64,000 bases of DNA from Candidatus Poribacteria bacterium. GTDB taxonomy: Bacteria; Poribacteria; WGA-4E; WGA-3G. The position numbers were made by a program, and so were the translations under genes. Location: assembly GCA_965197475.1 (NCBI GenBank), contig CBDANF010000003.1:2976001-3040000 (forward strand), written 5' to 3'. A model generated the notes under the pieces. It saw only the letters and a program-made list of their open reading frames with translations. It did no database searches and had not been told where the DNA came from. Positions 30,824 to 40,702 of this stretch are shown here, piece by piece. Each line of letters begins with the position of its first letter. Position 1 is the stretch's first letter.

Positions 30824-31085
30824 GATACTTGCAGTTAAACTCATCAACTGAAAATTCTTAAAACTAAATGACCCTGGAAGATAGCAAGGTTTTCTCAGAT
30901 CAATTGACTCCAAATTGTTCTGATTGATCACAACGTAGGCGTTTCCACAACAAAGACTTACGAAATAAAACGGGTGGATTCGGATTATTTTGCAGAAACA
31001 GAATAAAAACTGCTCCAGTTGAAAACAACCAGAGCAGTTTGTTTTAAGAAAAAGCTTAGATTGTTGATAAAATTTTGGTGACACA

Positions 31086-32267
31086 TCAAATCACTTCCAT
31101 CCAAACCCCCGGTACGAACCCCGGATACTTCCCTTCACTGAATGCTGGATAATAAACATCTTCGCCACTGAAATCGTGGACTGTCTCACCTCCGTCAGGA
31201 TTTGGGATATGTACTCTGCAAGTATACTCACTTTCTCGGAACAACTGCTGCGGTGTGGGTGCAGTTTTTTCAACGCGATATGCTGTCAAGGCATCCTTAT
31301 TTACTGAAACCCCCAGTCCCGGTGAGTCTGGGACCTGTATCGTTCCATTTACTACAGCGAGTCGGCTTTCAAGTAAATCCGATTCCCACAACTCATGGCA
31401 AGTAATTGCGGGCAATTCAGCTTGTGATAGCACAGCACCGAGATGCACACAGTATGCCGTTGTAATACCAGTGCCGACCATCTGAAGCCAGAAGGGTTGC
31501 CCAAACGAAGCGCAAAGTGCATTAGTCCGAAGTAGTGAGTTTACACCTCCGCCAACAACAAATCCACCACAACAACGCGCATGTAAACAGGATTCGTTGT
31601 AATGTTCAACGATACGTTTTTCAACAGCCTCCTGTAACCTTCCCGCGCCTTCTATATCTGTTCCGAGGTAGAATGGACTCTCATAGATAGCGACATTCGG
31701 ATGCTGATCTAACCGCTGCAAAACAAGGATAGCGTTATCCGCTGTTCGCAGGAAGCCGTTGAAGTCAATATCAAGCCGATAGTCTGCAGGTACAGCATCG
31801 CCGACTGCATCAACTTGTGCAAAAATGTCTCGCCACGGTCTTGCTTTGAGCTTTGCTGAAGTGTAACCTCTTTTGACCGATTCCTGCACTTCAGCAACCC
31901 AATCCTCAGGCGGCATGTCGATATCCCACCAAGAAATAGGACACCTTTCACGAACCTTAGGACTAATCAGCTCAGACACAGATACCCCGACCGTTTTGCC
32001 GACAGCATCATAAAGTGACATCTGAATACCGAATCCGACACCATCATCGTTCATGCATGCGAACGGATTTTGCCCTACCATTCGCTCAATATTACCTGTT
32101 TCATCATATAAATTTTCGCCATATCCTATAACACCATTGCTAAGTTCAACGCGGTAAATGTAAACTCGTTCGCCGTGTGTTGATGCTCGGTGCATGTGTT
32201 GACTAACACGATCACAGTAGAACGGAACACTCAACGGGATTGTTTCAAGATGTTTGATACTAAGCAT
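31086..32267 (-). CDS. Mandelate racemase/muconate lactonizing (enolase superfamily) enzyme
   Basis: GYGE, KLKARP, LDIDFN, YESP and VPDSPGLGV. Confidence 0.85.
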   Translation of the reverse strand: MLSIKHLETIPLSVPFYCDRVSQHMHRASTHGERVYIYRVELSNGVIGYGENLYDETGNIERMVGQNPFACMNDDGVGFGIQMSLYDAVGKTVGVSVSELISPKVRERCPISWWDIDMPPEDWVAEVQESVKRGYTSAKLKARPWRDIFAQVDAVGDAVPADYRLDIDFNGFLRTADNAILVLQRLDQHPNVAIYESPFYLGTDIEGAGRLQEAVEKRIVEHYNESCLHARCCGGFVVGGGVNSLLRTNALCASFGQPFWLQMVGTGITTAYCVHLGAVLSQAELPAITCHELWESDLLESRLAVVNGTIQVPDSPGLGVSVNKDALTAYRVEKTAPTPQQLFRESEYTCRVHIPNPDGGETVHDFSGEDVYYPAFSEGKYPGFVPGVWMEVI

Positions 32268-32464
32268 GTTGTGCCTCCCTATCTTTGGATTGTTCCGAAT
32301 TGTAGCATATTCTCAAAAAATTATGAATTTTTATAATTATTTGAAGAAAACCGAAGAGAGTAACAACAAACAAGAAAGCTAATCAGCAGAGGCGGCTTCA
32401 ATTTGTAGTGATACAGTACAAACGAAATTGCTCCGAACTTTGTCAGTAATATGTTCTATATCAG

Positions 32465-32494
32465 TTGACACTCCTCCTGTTTTGTTGGTATAAT
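32465..32494 (+). promoter_or_regulatory. Sigma70 promoter for the phyH operon
   Basis: TTGACA-N18-TATAAT with an extended TG. Confidence 0.65.
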
Positions 32495-32559
32495 ATCAAT
32501 GATAATTCAAACATTGAAAACCACGACGTGTAATATTACTTGGAGGTTAGGAGTGGATT

Positions 32560-33423
32560 ATGTCAGAAATTAAACCCTTTACTGTCTCAAATGAGTTGTT
32601 AGATCAACCTGAGAAACTTCGCGAGCAAGCACAGCAAGATGGTTATCTGTATTTTCGTGGATTAATTGATGAAGAATCTATCTACAACTTACGTCGAGAT
32701 TTCTTGGAGATTTGCCATCGACACGGGTGGGCGAAAGGCGGAGAGACACTGATGGATGGAATCCGTACGGGTGGTCCTTTCATGGAAGGTGATGATGGAT
32801 ATTGGCCAGTTTTAGACGAATTCCAATCTCTTGAGTCATTCCACGCTTTTGCACATCATCCCGCTATTTTAGATATGTGTGACAAATTGTTCGGAGAAAA
32901 AACACTGGTGCATCCACGGAATATTGGAAGAATTATGTTCCCTGAAAACACGAAGTTTACAACACCCGCACACCAAGATTTTATCCATATTCGGGGCACT
33001 GAAGAGACATATACTGGTTGGATTCCGCTTGGGGAATGTCCGCAGCATTTAGGCGGGTTGTCTGTATTAGCTGGGTCGCATCGGTTTGGAATTTTTCCAG
33101 TGAAGCCAGCGTTAGGTGCGGGTGGACTCGGTATTGACACGAATCCATTAGAAGCTGACGGATTGCATTGGGTTGGTGGAGATTTTGAAATCGGTGATGC
33201 AATGTTCTTTCACAGTCATGCCGTTCACAAAGCACTTCCCAATCAGACACCTGATTGCATCCGACTATCAGTAGATTATCGCTATCAAGGTTGCTCCAAA
33301 CCTGTAACGGAAGGGTCACTTCTGCCACATTTCAATCGAATGAAGTGGGATGAGATTTATAGCGGCTGGGGATCTACAAAATATCAGTATTACTGGAACG
33401 CTTTTAATCTAAATCGGGTGTAG
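32560..33423 (+). CDS. Phytanoyl-CoA dioxygenase (PhyH) family protein
   Basis: DGYL, TPAHQD, WIPL, GSH, GDAMFFHSHAVH and RLSVD. Confidence 0.9.
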   Translation: MSEIKPFTVSNELLDQPEKLREQAQQDGYLYFRGLIDEESIYNLRRDFLEICHRHGWAKGGETLMDGIRTGGPFMEGDDGYWPVLDEFQSLESFHAFAHHPAILDMCDKLFGEKTLVHPRNIGRIMFPENTKFTTPAHQDFIHIRGTEETYTGWIPLGECPQHLGGLSVLAGSHRFGIFPVKPALGAGGLGIDTNPLEADGLHWVGGDFEIGDAMFFHSHAVHKALPNQTPDCIRLSVDYRYQGCSKPVTEGSLLPHFNRMKWDEIYSGWGSTKYQYYWNAFNLNRV

Positions 33424-33425
33424 TC

Positions 33426-34235
33426 TTGATGAAAAGCGGGTTAATATTCTTACTGTTGGCTACTTTCTGCATTACAACGAGTATGTTGTCACAAACCAAA
33501 AGAGCAACGGAACTCGCTGATATGGTATTGATTCCGGCAGGTGAATTTCAGATGGGAAGTGCAAACGGTGATCGTGACGAGAAACCTGTCCATACCGTTT
33601 ACGTTGATACTTTTTATATGGATACGCATGAGGTTACAGTTGGAGAATATAAGCAGTTCATCAATGCCACTGGACATCGCGCTTTGTCCGATTCGGTTTT
33701 TCGGTGTTCACCCACTGACCAGCACCCGGTTGTCGGTGTGAGTTGGCACGATTCGATGGCCTATGCGAAGTGGGTAGGAAAACGTTTACCGACTGAGGCA
33801 GAATGGGAAAAAGCAGCGAGAGGCGAATTAATTGGAAAGAAATACCCTTGGGGAAATTCTATTGATGCCAGCAAAGCAAATTATAACAAAGATACGAAAT
33901 CTGGCACGCATAGCGAGCAGACAACACCCGTAGGAAAGTATCCTGCAAACGCTTACGGTTTATATGATATGGTAGGCAATGTCTCTGAGTGGTGCCTTGA
34001 TGCGTATCAAAAGGATTTCTACGCTAAGTCTACTCGGCGCAACCCTATTGCTGGAGCAGAGGACATCAGTCAGATTGTTGATAACTTCAAAAATATAGAG
34101 ACACGGCGTGTTGTGCGTGGTGGTTCATGGAGTTTCAATGCAAAGAGTGTCCGCGTGGCAAACCGGCTCGGAGAGAAACCTTCGCTCTTGAGCAGTGATG
34201 TTGGGTTTAGATGCGTGCAAGTTATAAATCCTTAA
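33426..34235 (+). CDS. FGE-sulfatase (SUMF1) domain secreted protein
   Basis: Signal peptide, RLPTEAEWEKAARG, NAYGLYDMVGNVSEWC, RGGSW and VGFRC. Confidence 0.9.
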   Translation: MMKSGLIFLLLATFCITTSMLSQTKRATELADMVLIPAGEFQMGSANGDRDEKPVHTVYVDTFYMDTHEVTVGEYKQFINATGHRALSDSVFRCSPTDQHPVVGVSWHDSMAYAKWVGKRLPTEAEWEKAARGELIGKKYPWGNSIDASKANYNKDTKSGTHSEQTTPVGKYPANAYGLYDMVGNVSEWCLDAYQKDFYAKSTRRNPIAGAEDISQIVDNFKNIETRRVVRGGSWSFNAKSVRVANRLGEKPSLLSSDVGFRCVQVINP

Positions 34236-34330
34236 ACATAAAATAGAGTGTATTACTAATCGGGCTTACAAAGCCATTCCAAAAGAGCACTTCACGACAA
34301 TTGAATACCTCTGGGAAGGAATAGGAATCA

Positions 34331-35410
34331 TTGACTAAACTAAAATACTTGGCACTTATCGGATGCAGTTTTATCATCGTTTTGTCCGCATCCGCAGAAA
34401 ACTACACAGGTGATTTTCTGACGAACGGCATTGGCGCACGTGCTCTCGGACTTGGCGGCGCGTATGTCAGCATCGCAGACGATGCTACCGCTACGTACTG
34501 GAATCCCGCTGGAATAGCAGGCGTTTCGCACAATTATCAAGTTTGCATGATGCATGCCACGCGCCGCTCCGGTTTAGGGGCATTTAGTTACGTTAGTGGG
34601 ATAGGAAAAGTTTTACCACAACTCACTGTTGGTCTGTCCTGGATTCGGGCGGGTATTGACGATATTCCTATCTATTACGATGTGCCAGCGTTTGATCCCT
34701 CTATTAGTGCCGATCAACGCAAAAACAATCCAAAATACCGACCAAGGGAAGAAGACTTTACCCCCGCAGGTTATCTTAGTGATAATGAAAACGCTTTTGT
34801 CCTTTCACTTGCGACACGCGTTGCCATCAGTCAATCGTGGTGGGATAACTTCGGAAGAGATTCTGTTCCGCCAGAATTTCTGTTCGGTCTAAATGTGAAG
34901 GGGATCTTCCAGAACTTCAGCGGAGGCGATGATCTTGACGAGGTTACTTCTGTGTTCTCCAGTTACGGAAGCCGTGGATACGGTTTTGATGCGGGTATGC
35001 TAATCCGTCTCCCGGATATGAATGCTCTGTTCGGTCTGGAGAACGTAGGGGGATTTGCGTTCGGTGTCAATCTGCAAGACATATCTCAGACAAGCTTGAT
35101 CTGGAATACCGTGCCCTCTCTCAAAGAATCGATACCTGCAAATCTGAATTTAGGTTTAGCATACAACACCAAACTCCTTTTCCAGCGAGAATTAATTCTT
35201 GCTTTTCAATGGCAGGAGCGTTACGGTGGACAGACACATATCGGCATAGAATACAAAATAAATTCACCATTGGCATTACGAATCGGTTATCGCGATAGTC
35301 GATTGACAAGTGGTATCGGCATCCAACTCAAACAGTTCCGGCTTGATTACGCCCTTCTCGTTGGCGATCTCATAAACACACATTTTTTGAGCGTCTTGTG
35401 GGCTTTTTAA
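34331..35410 (+). CDS. PorV/PorQ (UPF0164)-like outer-membrane beta-barrel
   Basis: FLTNGIGARALGLGGAY...DATATYWNPAG N-terminal motif, amphipathic strands and C-terminal Phe. Confidence 0.8.
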   Translation: MTKLKYLALIGCSFIIVLSASAENYTGDFLTNGIGARALGLGGAYVSIADDATATYWNPAGIAGVSHNYQVCMMHATRRSGLGAFSYVSGIGKVLPQLTVGLSWIRAGIDDIPIYYDVPAFDPSISADQRKNNPKYRPREEDFTPAGYLSDNENAFVLSLATRVAISQSWWDNFGRDSVPPEFLFGLNVKGIFQNFSGGDDLDEVTSVFSSYGSRGYGFDAGMLIRLPDMNALFGLENVGGFAFGVNLQDISQTSLIWNTVPSLKESIPANLNLGLAYNTKLLFQRELILAFQWQERYGGQTHIGIEYKINSPLALRIGYRDSRLTSGIGIQLKQFRLDYALLVGDLINTHFLSVLWAF

Positions 35411-35456
35411 ATCCAAATTTCCATCTATAGTACGGTGTATCCACCTTGCCACCTTA

Positions 35457-36704
35457 TCAATCCTCTGAATTCGGTTTGGACAAATCCGGTTGATTGCGTA
35501 GGAAAATCAGAAGCGGTGCAACCAGCAGGGGAACCATCACTAACCCATCAAGCACAATAGGCAAGCCAAATTTATCACCCAAAGCACCAACAACCAAATT
35601 CAGTAGACCACCGACACCCCACGATGCCCCCATCATAAAACTTGATGCGATATTCTCATGCCCGCGCAGCATCATCTGTGCTAAGATAATATTAATTGTT
35701 ACTGAACTTGTGAGTACCATGTTACCTAAAAAGAGTAGCACGAGGAAAGTTACACCGCTGGTGTGAAGTGAGGCATAGAACAGTGGGGGTGCAACGACAA
35801 GTGACAAAAGCAGCAATACAAGTGTATTTACCCGACTTAGAAACCAACCGCTTCCCATGATACCCATCGAACCAGCGAAGATATAGAGTCCAATAACTAA
35901 TGAACGCTTCTGGTCAGAATATTTCAGGTCGTCAAGGTAAATAGAGAGAAAATTTTCTAATCCGGCAATTGTAACGGTTCGGAGCGATGCAATAACAAAT
36001 AGCGCGAGAAGTGGTAGAAGATAAGGATCAGCAACACGCCAAAAATCTTGACGTTCTGTTTTTCCTGCGTGTGATAGCACACGAGCAGACGCGGTTAGGT
36101 CAAGTTCATGCTCAAATTTCAGCACTATCGGCACCAGCAACGCTACAAGCAATCCAGGTATCATCTCCCATACCAAGTGTCCGTATCCCAAACGATATGG
36201 AATGTATAGAAGTGCAAGCGGTCCTAACGCGCGACCGATATTGCCACCCGTAAGAAAAATGGAAATCCCCATCCCTCTCGTTTCTGCGGCGAGCGCACCC
36301 GCATAAGTAGTCGCTTGTGGATGAAAAGCAGCAACACCTATTCCACCGACAGCTAATAACACAAATACGAGAGGCACTGAAGGTGCAATCCCTACCAAAC
36401 TTAAACCGATTGCTGTGAGAGCCACTCCAAACGTTATAAAATGTATTGTCCGCGCTTGATCCGAGAGCCACCCGAAGAGAATCTGTCCAAGAGAACTAAA
36501 GATGCTATACAGTGAAATTAGAATGCCCGCAAAACTATTTCGCGCACTTATTGAAGCAAACCTGTTCAATAGAAATGGCTGCAGATGTGGAAAAAGGGTT
36601 GCGTAAGAGTCAAGGACGGTATGTATGAAGGTGAGAAAGAAGAATTGTAGGAGATAAGGTTGTTTTTGCGTAGGTGAGTTATCTGGTTTTTGATTGTTTT
36701 CCAT
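35457..36704 (-). CDS. MFS transporter (Fsr-like)
   Basis: Multiple TM segments, FGWLSD, AAFHPQA and GGNIG. Confidence 0.88.
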   Translation of the reverse strand: MENNQKPDNSPTQKQPYLLQFFFLTFIHTVLDSYATLFPHLQPFLLNRFASISARNSFAGILISLYSIFSSLGQILFGWLSDQARTIHFITFGVALTAIGLSLVGIAPSVPLVFVLLAVGGIGVAAFHPQATTYAGALAAETRGMGISIFLTGGNIGRALGPLALLYIPYRLGYGHLVWEMIPGLLVALLVPIVLKFEHELDLTASARVLSHAGKTERQDFWRVADPYLLPLLALFVIASLRTVTIAGLENFLSIYLDDLKYSDQKRSLVIGLYIFAGSMGIMGSGWFLSRVNTLVLLLLSLVVAPPLFYASLHTSGVTFLVLLFLGNMVLTSSVTINIILAQMMLRGHENIASSFMMGASWGVGGLLNLVVGALGDKFGLPIVLDGLVMVPLLVAPLLIFLRNQPDLSKPNSED

Positions 36705-36755
36705 TAGGTAGAATCGACACCGTGTTTCATATTTTTAGCGATTATAGCACAATCC

Positions 36756-38477
36756 CTATTTAACATCTTTTGTTTTTTTCAATTTCCGTCTTGCCCGCCA
36801 ATACACAAACTGCCGATAATGATACCCTATATTTTTCGGAATCTTCTCAAACTCTGGTACGAATTGGCAAGTCCCGCCGAGGACGATCAGTTCAGTCTTT
36901 GCACGCGTCATTGCCACATAGAAAACGCGGCGTTCTTCTGCAAGGATGGTATCACGCCGAGGAAACCTCCGATCCAAAGTATTGTGGATAAGGATGACCT
37001 TTTCCCATTCTCGTCCCTTCGCTTTATGTATTGTCGTCACCTCAATCAGAAAAGATGGAGACGCACCCGATAATATCTCTTGAATCCTGTCAACTTCATA
37101 GTTTGTCCTGACAAGGATTGCGGTCTCAATAGGTTCGGATAATTGTTCCAACAGATGTTTTGTTATCGTCTCAAGTGTTGTCTCAATGTTTTTAATTTCG
37201 CATTTCATCGGATTATAAGCGCGTAGGTTTTTCCGAATTCGGGGAGTATTCCGTTCAATCAAGGCTCTGGCATGCTCCACAATTGTTGATGTGGAACGAT
37301 AATTACGCGTAATTTCATATTTTGCAACATCTGATCGGTCAGAGAATTTTAGCATAATATGAGAATCACCCCCGCGAAAACTATAAATCGCTTGGTCATC
37401 ATCTCCGACAGCGAACAAGTTTTCGGACAACTGGGAAATCAGTCGAAAGTCGGTTGGGGCAATATCTTGAAATTCATCAACAAGTAGATATGGGTATCTG
37501 TCTCGGTAGGTTTGGCGGACATCAGAATGGGTCTCAAACAGATTTGCGGCGTAGATAATCATATCCTCAAAATCGATAGCATTTGCTGCGGATTTGAGGC
37601 TTTCATATTTCTTTGCAAATTCACGTGCAACAGGATTTTGTAACGTATTTGGATCAAATAGTCCGATTTCTACCTGCCGTTTTGCTCGCATCACAATCTC
37701 TTTTATATCATTGAAACGTTCACGGAGATTGTCAAAATCGGGGTTTCTATGCAGATGATCAGTGTATTGAATGTCGAAATGCTGGCAAAACATTTCAAGC
37801 ATAAGTTGATTGCTATACTGTTCTCGCATCGGGTCTGCACGGTTGAATACACTTGCTCTGTTTCTATAAAACCTTATCCAGTATGCCTCGCGTAGATTCG
37901 CTTCTCTTCCTTCAACCTGTTCCAACACCTCAAAAGTGAACTGCGTTTCGTCTTCAGCTCGAATGGCTTGACGGAGTCGATCATTTGATGAGTGTTCAAA
38001 ATGTTCACGCCTCCGTCGTTCAGGATTAGTTGACTGTCCTATGTAACACTTACCTGTTATTTTGTTCTCGATTTTATAGATAGAGACTGTGGTTGTTGAC
38101 GATATCTGATCAATTTGTCTCTTTTCTTGGGCAATGATTTGATCGATTTCACCTGACCAAATTTCAGGGTAATGTTTAAATCCTGCACGTTTATAATTTT
38201 TGGTGATTATATCTTTGCCGAAAGCGTGGAGAGTGCGGATCACAGGCAACTCATTTTTTGACGGTAGTTTCCGCATAATCCGATTTTCCATCTCTTCGAC
38301 CGCTTTTTTATTAAACGCTATGGCGAGGATATTTGAGGCAGGGATATTGTGTGTCTGAATTAGGTTCAGAATGCGTGCGGTAACGACAGTGGTTTTGCCA
38401 CTGCCAGGTCCAGCAACAACGATGGCAGGACCTTTTACATGGTTGATGGCTTTCTGCTGATTTTTATCGAGATCCAT
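36756..38477 (-). CDS. UvrD/REP-like helicase with inserted GIY-YIG nuclease domain
   Basis: Helicase motifs AGPGSGKT, LVDEFQD, VGDDDQAIYSFRG, NYRS, TIHKAKGREW and EERRVFYVAMTRAK. Insert SIYKIEN...YIGQS...RRREH...E. Confidence 0.88.
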   Translation of the reverse strand: MDLDKNQQKAINHVKGPAIVVAGPGSGKTTVVTARILNLIQTHNIPASNILAIAFNKKAVEEMENRIMRKLPSKNELPVIRTLHAFGKDIITKNYKRAGFKHYPEIWSGEIDQIIAQEKRQIDQISSTTTVSIYKIENKITGKCYIGQSTNPERRRREHFEHSSNDRLRQAIRAEDETQFTFEVLEQVEGREANLREAYWIRFYRNRASVFNRADPMREQYSNQLMLEMFCQHFDIQYTDHLHRNPDFDNLRERFNDIKEIVMRAKRQVEIGLFDPNTLQNPVAREFAKKYESLKSAANAIDFEDMIIYAANLFETHSDVRQTYRDRYPYLLVDEFQDIAPTDFRLISQLSENLFAVGDDDQAIYSFRGGDSHIMLKFSDRSDVAKYEITRNYRSTSTIVEHARALIERNTPRIRKNLRAYNPMKCEIKNIETTLETITKHLLEQLSEPIETAILVRTNYEVDRIQEILSGASPSFLIEVTTIHKAKGREWEKVILIHNTLDRRFPRRDTILAEERRVFYVAMTRAKTELIVLGGTCQFVPEFEKIPKNIGYHYRQFVYWRARRKLKKTKDVK

Positions 38478-38573
38478 ATTTTGTGTTGCAGGTTAAGTGC
38501 AAAACCCCCGGTAGTACGGAGGCTTCAAATTGCGAATATTTTAGAGGTAAAAGTTCATATAACATCCTATATG

Positions 38574-38937
38574 TTATAATATTTGCAAAAGGACTCCGAT
38601 TTTTTCTAAAACCTCGTCAATAGTTTCATCCGGTATTTCACAAAGAAATTCTGCATTTCTTGCCTGCCAATCAAGACTCTTAATTTGATCTATTTGAATA
38701 ACACCACTCACCTGCAAGCCTTCAGGAATATTCACTGTAAAAGGAGTTTCTTTAACATTTCGAGTAATTAGACAAGAATAGCCAAACTTCTTTTTCATTG
38801 TTAAACTGCCATGGAGATATGACAACAGCCGGACAGCGTTTTGTAATCTCATTTCCAACTTGCGGATCAAAGTCAATCTGCACCACATCGCCGCAAGCGG
38901 GAACATATTGAAAGGTTCCCTGAACAGATTTTACCAT
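38574..38937 (-). pseudogene. mazF: MazF/PemK toxin, frameshifted
   Basis: GDVVQIDFDPQVGNEITKRCPAVVISP, frame change near 38770-38795, then SGVIQIDQIKSLDWQAR. Confidence 0.8.
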
Positions 38938-39230
38938 ATTTCATTGCCCGTCGGACCACCTGTGTCCCATTCACCATTTTCATCATCTTCAGTCTCTTGT
39001 GCAAGCATATCTGCCAAAGTATACTTAGGAGGGTTTAGAGGACAGCGAATTCTCTCAGGACGATGAGGCTTGGAAGGTCGAACTTTTAAATTTTCATCAT
39101 GCAAATCGTCATTTGACTCTTGTCCGATCAAATCTTCCAATGTATACTGAGGATTTTTCGCCCGATTACGCACCGGTTCCGGACGATGCGGCTTTTCATG
39201 TTTCACTTTTGAAACTTGTTTACCGTTCAT
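38931..39230 (-). CDS. MazE-like antitoxin with duplicated C-terminal module
   Basis: Two KPHRPE...P.YTL.D blocks and the MazE-like ending EWDTGGPTGNEIW; overlaps the mazF start. Start uncertain (39230 or 39305). Confidence 0.65.
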   Translation of the reverse strand: MNGKQVSKVKHEKPHRPEPVRNRAKNPQYTLEDLIGQESNDDLHDENLKVRPSKPHRPERIRCPLNPPKYTLADMLAQETEDDENGEWDTGGPTGNEIW

Positions 39231-39416
39231 GGTCTGAAGATAGTTCAAATATGCAAAGATTACAACACATTCTTGTGAAGACATATTTTCTAATGACATT
39301 ACCAATTCCTCCGTTATTTTAAATTATACCACATAATATGTGTCAGTATCAAACTTTTTCATCATCAGAAAATAACACTATAAATTGACCAAAATTGGGT
39401 ATGCTAATTTTAAATT

Positions 39417-39854
39417 TCACTTTGGGATGCGCCTGACCCACAGTAGCAATGCTACATTCATGCCTCCTACGAAACCAAAAACGTAAGATTGAATTCCTGC
39501 TAATTTTGCGGTCGATTCAATTAAGATTATTCCTGCAATTGGTAAGCCGAGGGCAATACAGGTAAAATATGTTAAGCTTTTCGCACCTTTTGCTTGCCAG
39601 AAGGTAATCTCGCGCTTCAAAACCTGTAGATAGGACTTTTCCCACAGTCGTGATGTCCACTTTCCCTGCATAAAACCGAGTACAATTCCGAAGGCATATC
39701 CAAAACTTGACCAATGCAAGTCAATCCGCGGATCGTTAGATATTGCTGCAATCCACAGCACCTCACCGAGCAATGTAACTACAATAAATGCCCAAAATAT
39801 AGGTGTTTTCATATAGAAAGGGAGTAACCGTCGCGATAATTTATTCCGCATCAA
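39417..39854 (-). CDS. Hypothetical membrane protein
   Basis: About 4 hydrophobic segments; overlaps the purQ stop. Confidence 0.65.
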   Translation of the reverse strand: MMRNKLSRRLLPFYMKTPIFWAFIVVTLLGEVLWIAAISNDPRIDLHWSSFGYAFGIVLGFMQGKWTSRLWEKSYLQVLKREITFWQAKGAKSLTYFTCIALGLPIAGIILIESTAKLAGIQSYVFGFVGGMNVALLLWVRRIPK

Positions 39855-40660
39855 AAGTTCGCTTTCGCATAATCAACAGCATTTTTGAAAATCGCGAGAC
39901 CATCACCTTCATCCGGAAGATCCTCTCGTGTCCAACGCGGATGGTTGTATTTAGTTAGGAACCTTTCAGGATGGGGCATCAAACCGAAAATTCTACCTGT
40001 AACATCACAGATTCCGGCAATATCCGCATCCGAACCGTTCGGGTTGTACGGGTACGCAGTTCTATCTGAAGATGGTTTTGAACTACTGCCATATCGGAAC
40101 ACAATCTGCTGGTTTGATTCTAATTCTTCCAAAACATCGGGTGGTGCAGTAAATCTGCCTTCCGCATGTGCTACTGGAAGATAGAGATGTGTTTTTATTC
40201 CTTTTGTGAATACACACGGACTCTGTTGTGTGTCCAATTCGATCCAACGGCATTCAAATTTTGCTGATGTGTTCATAGCCAAAGTAGCACGCTGCGTGAT
40301 CGCCGTGTTATCGTCTGAACTACCGTCATCTACTCCCGGCAGTAAACCTGTCCGAACAAGCACCTGAAACCCGTTGCATATCCCAATTATCGGTTTTTTA
40401 TCAGCGACAAACTGATTGAGAACCTTTCTCAGTTTATGTTTCATCTCTACCGCAAGCAGAATACCTGCGGCAATATCATCACCGTAAGAGAATCCACCTG
40501 GAATCGCAAGAATTTGATAATCGGATAAATTTACCTTATCAGCGATGAGGTGTTGAATGTGGACTAATGCGGTTTCCGCACCAGCGAGTTGAAAAGCCGC
40601 ATCTGTTTCAGCATCGCAGTTCGTTCCCGCTGTGCGTAAGATAAGTGCCTTAGGTTTCAC
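39851..40660 (-). CDS. purQ: Phosphoribosylformylglycinamidine synthase I (glutaminase)
   Basis: GTNCD, PGGFSYGD, GICNGFQ, AHAEG, NPNGS and MPHPER. Confidence 0.95.
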   Translation of the reverse strand: MKPKALILRTAGTNCDAETDAAFQLAGAETALVHIQHLIADKVNLSDYQILAIPGGFSYGDDIAAGILLAVEMKHKLRKVLNQFVADKKPIIGICNGFQVLVRTGLLPGVDDGSSDDNTAITQRATLAMNTSAKFECRWIELDTQQSPCVFTKGIKTHLYLPVAHAEGRFTAPPDVLEELESNQQIVFRYGSSSKPSSDRTAYPYNPNGSDADIAGICDVTGRIFGLMPHPERFLTKYNHPRWTREDLPDEGDGLAIFKNAVDYAKANF

Positions 40661-40702
40661 ACTTTTCTCCTTGATTAATAAAACACATGTCTTGCTTTAA
40701 AG

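Noticed and set aside
30506-31084. Short ORFs 30506-30718, 30557-30739 and 30728-31084
   Set aside because: They overlap the REP/MITE cluster, and the apparent peptide repeats come from DNA palindromes.
37843-38087. Intein or intron carrying the GIY-YIG domain
   Set aside because: No intein terminal motifs, no break in the reading frame, and the insert is too short.
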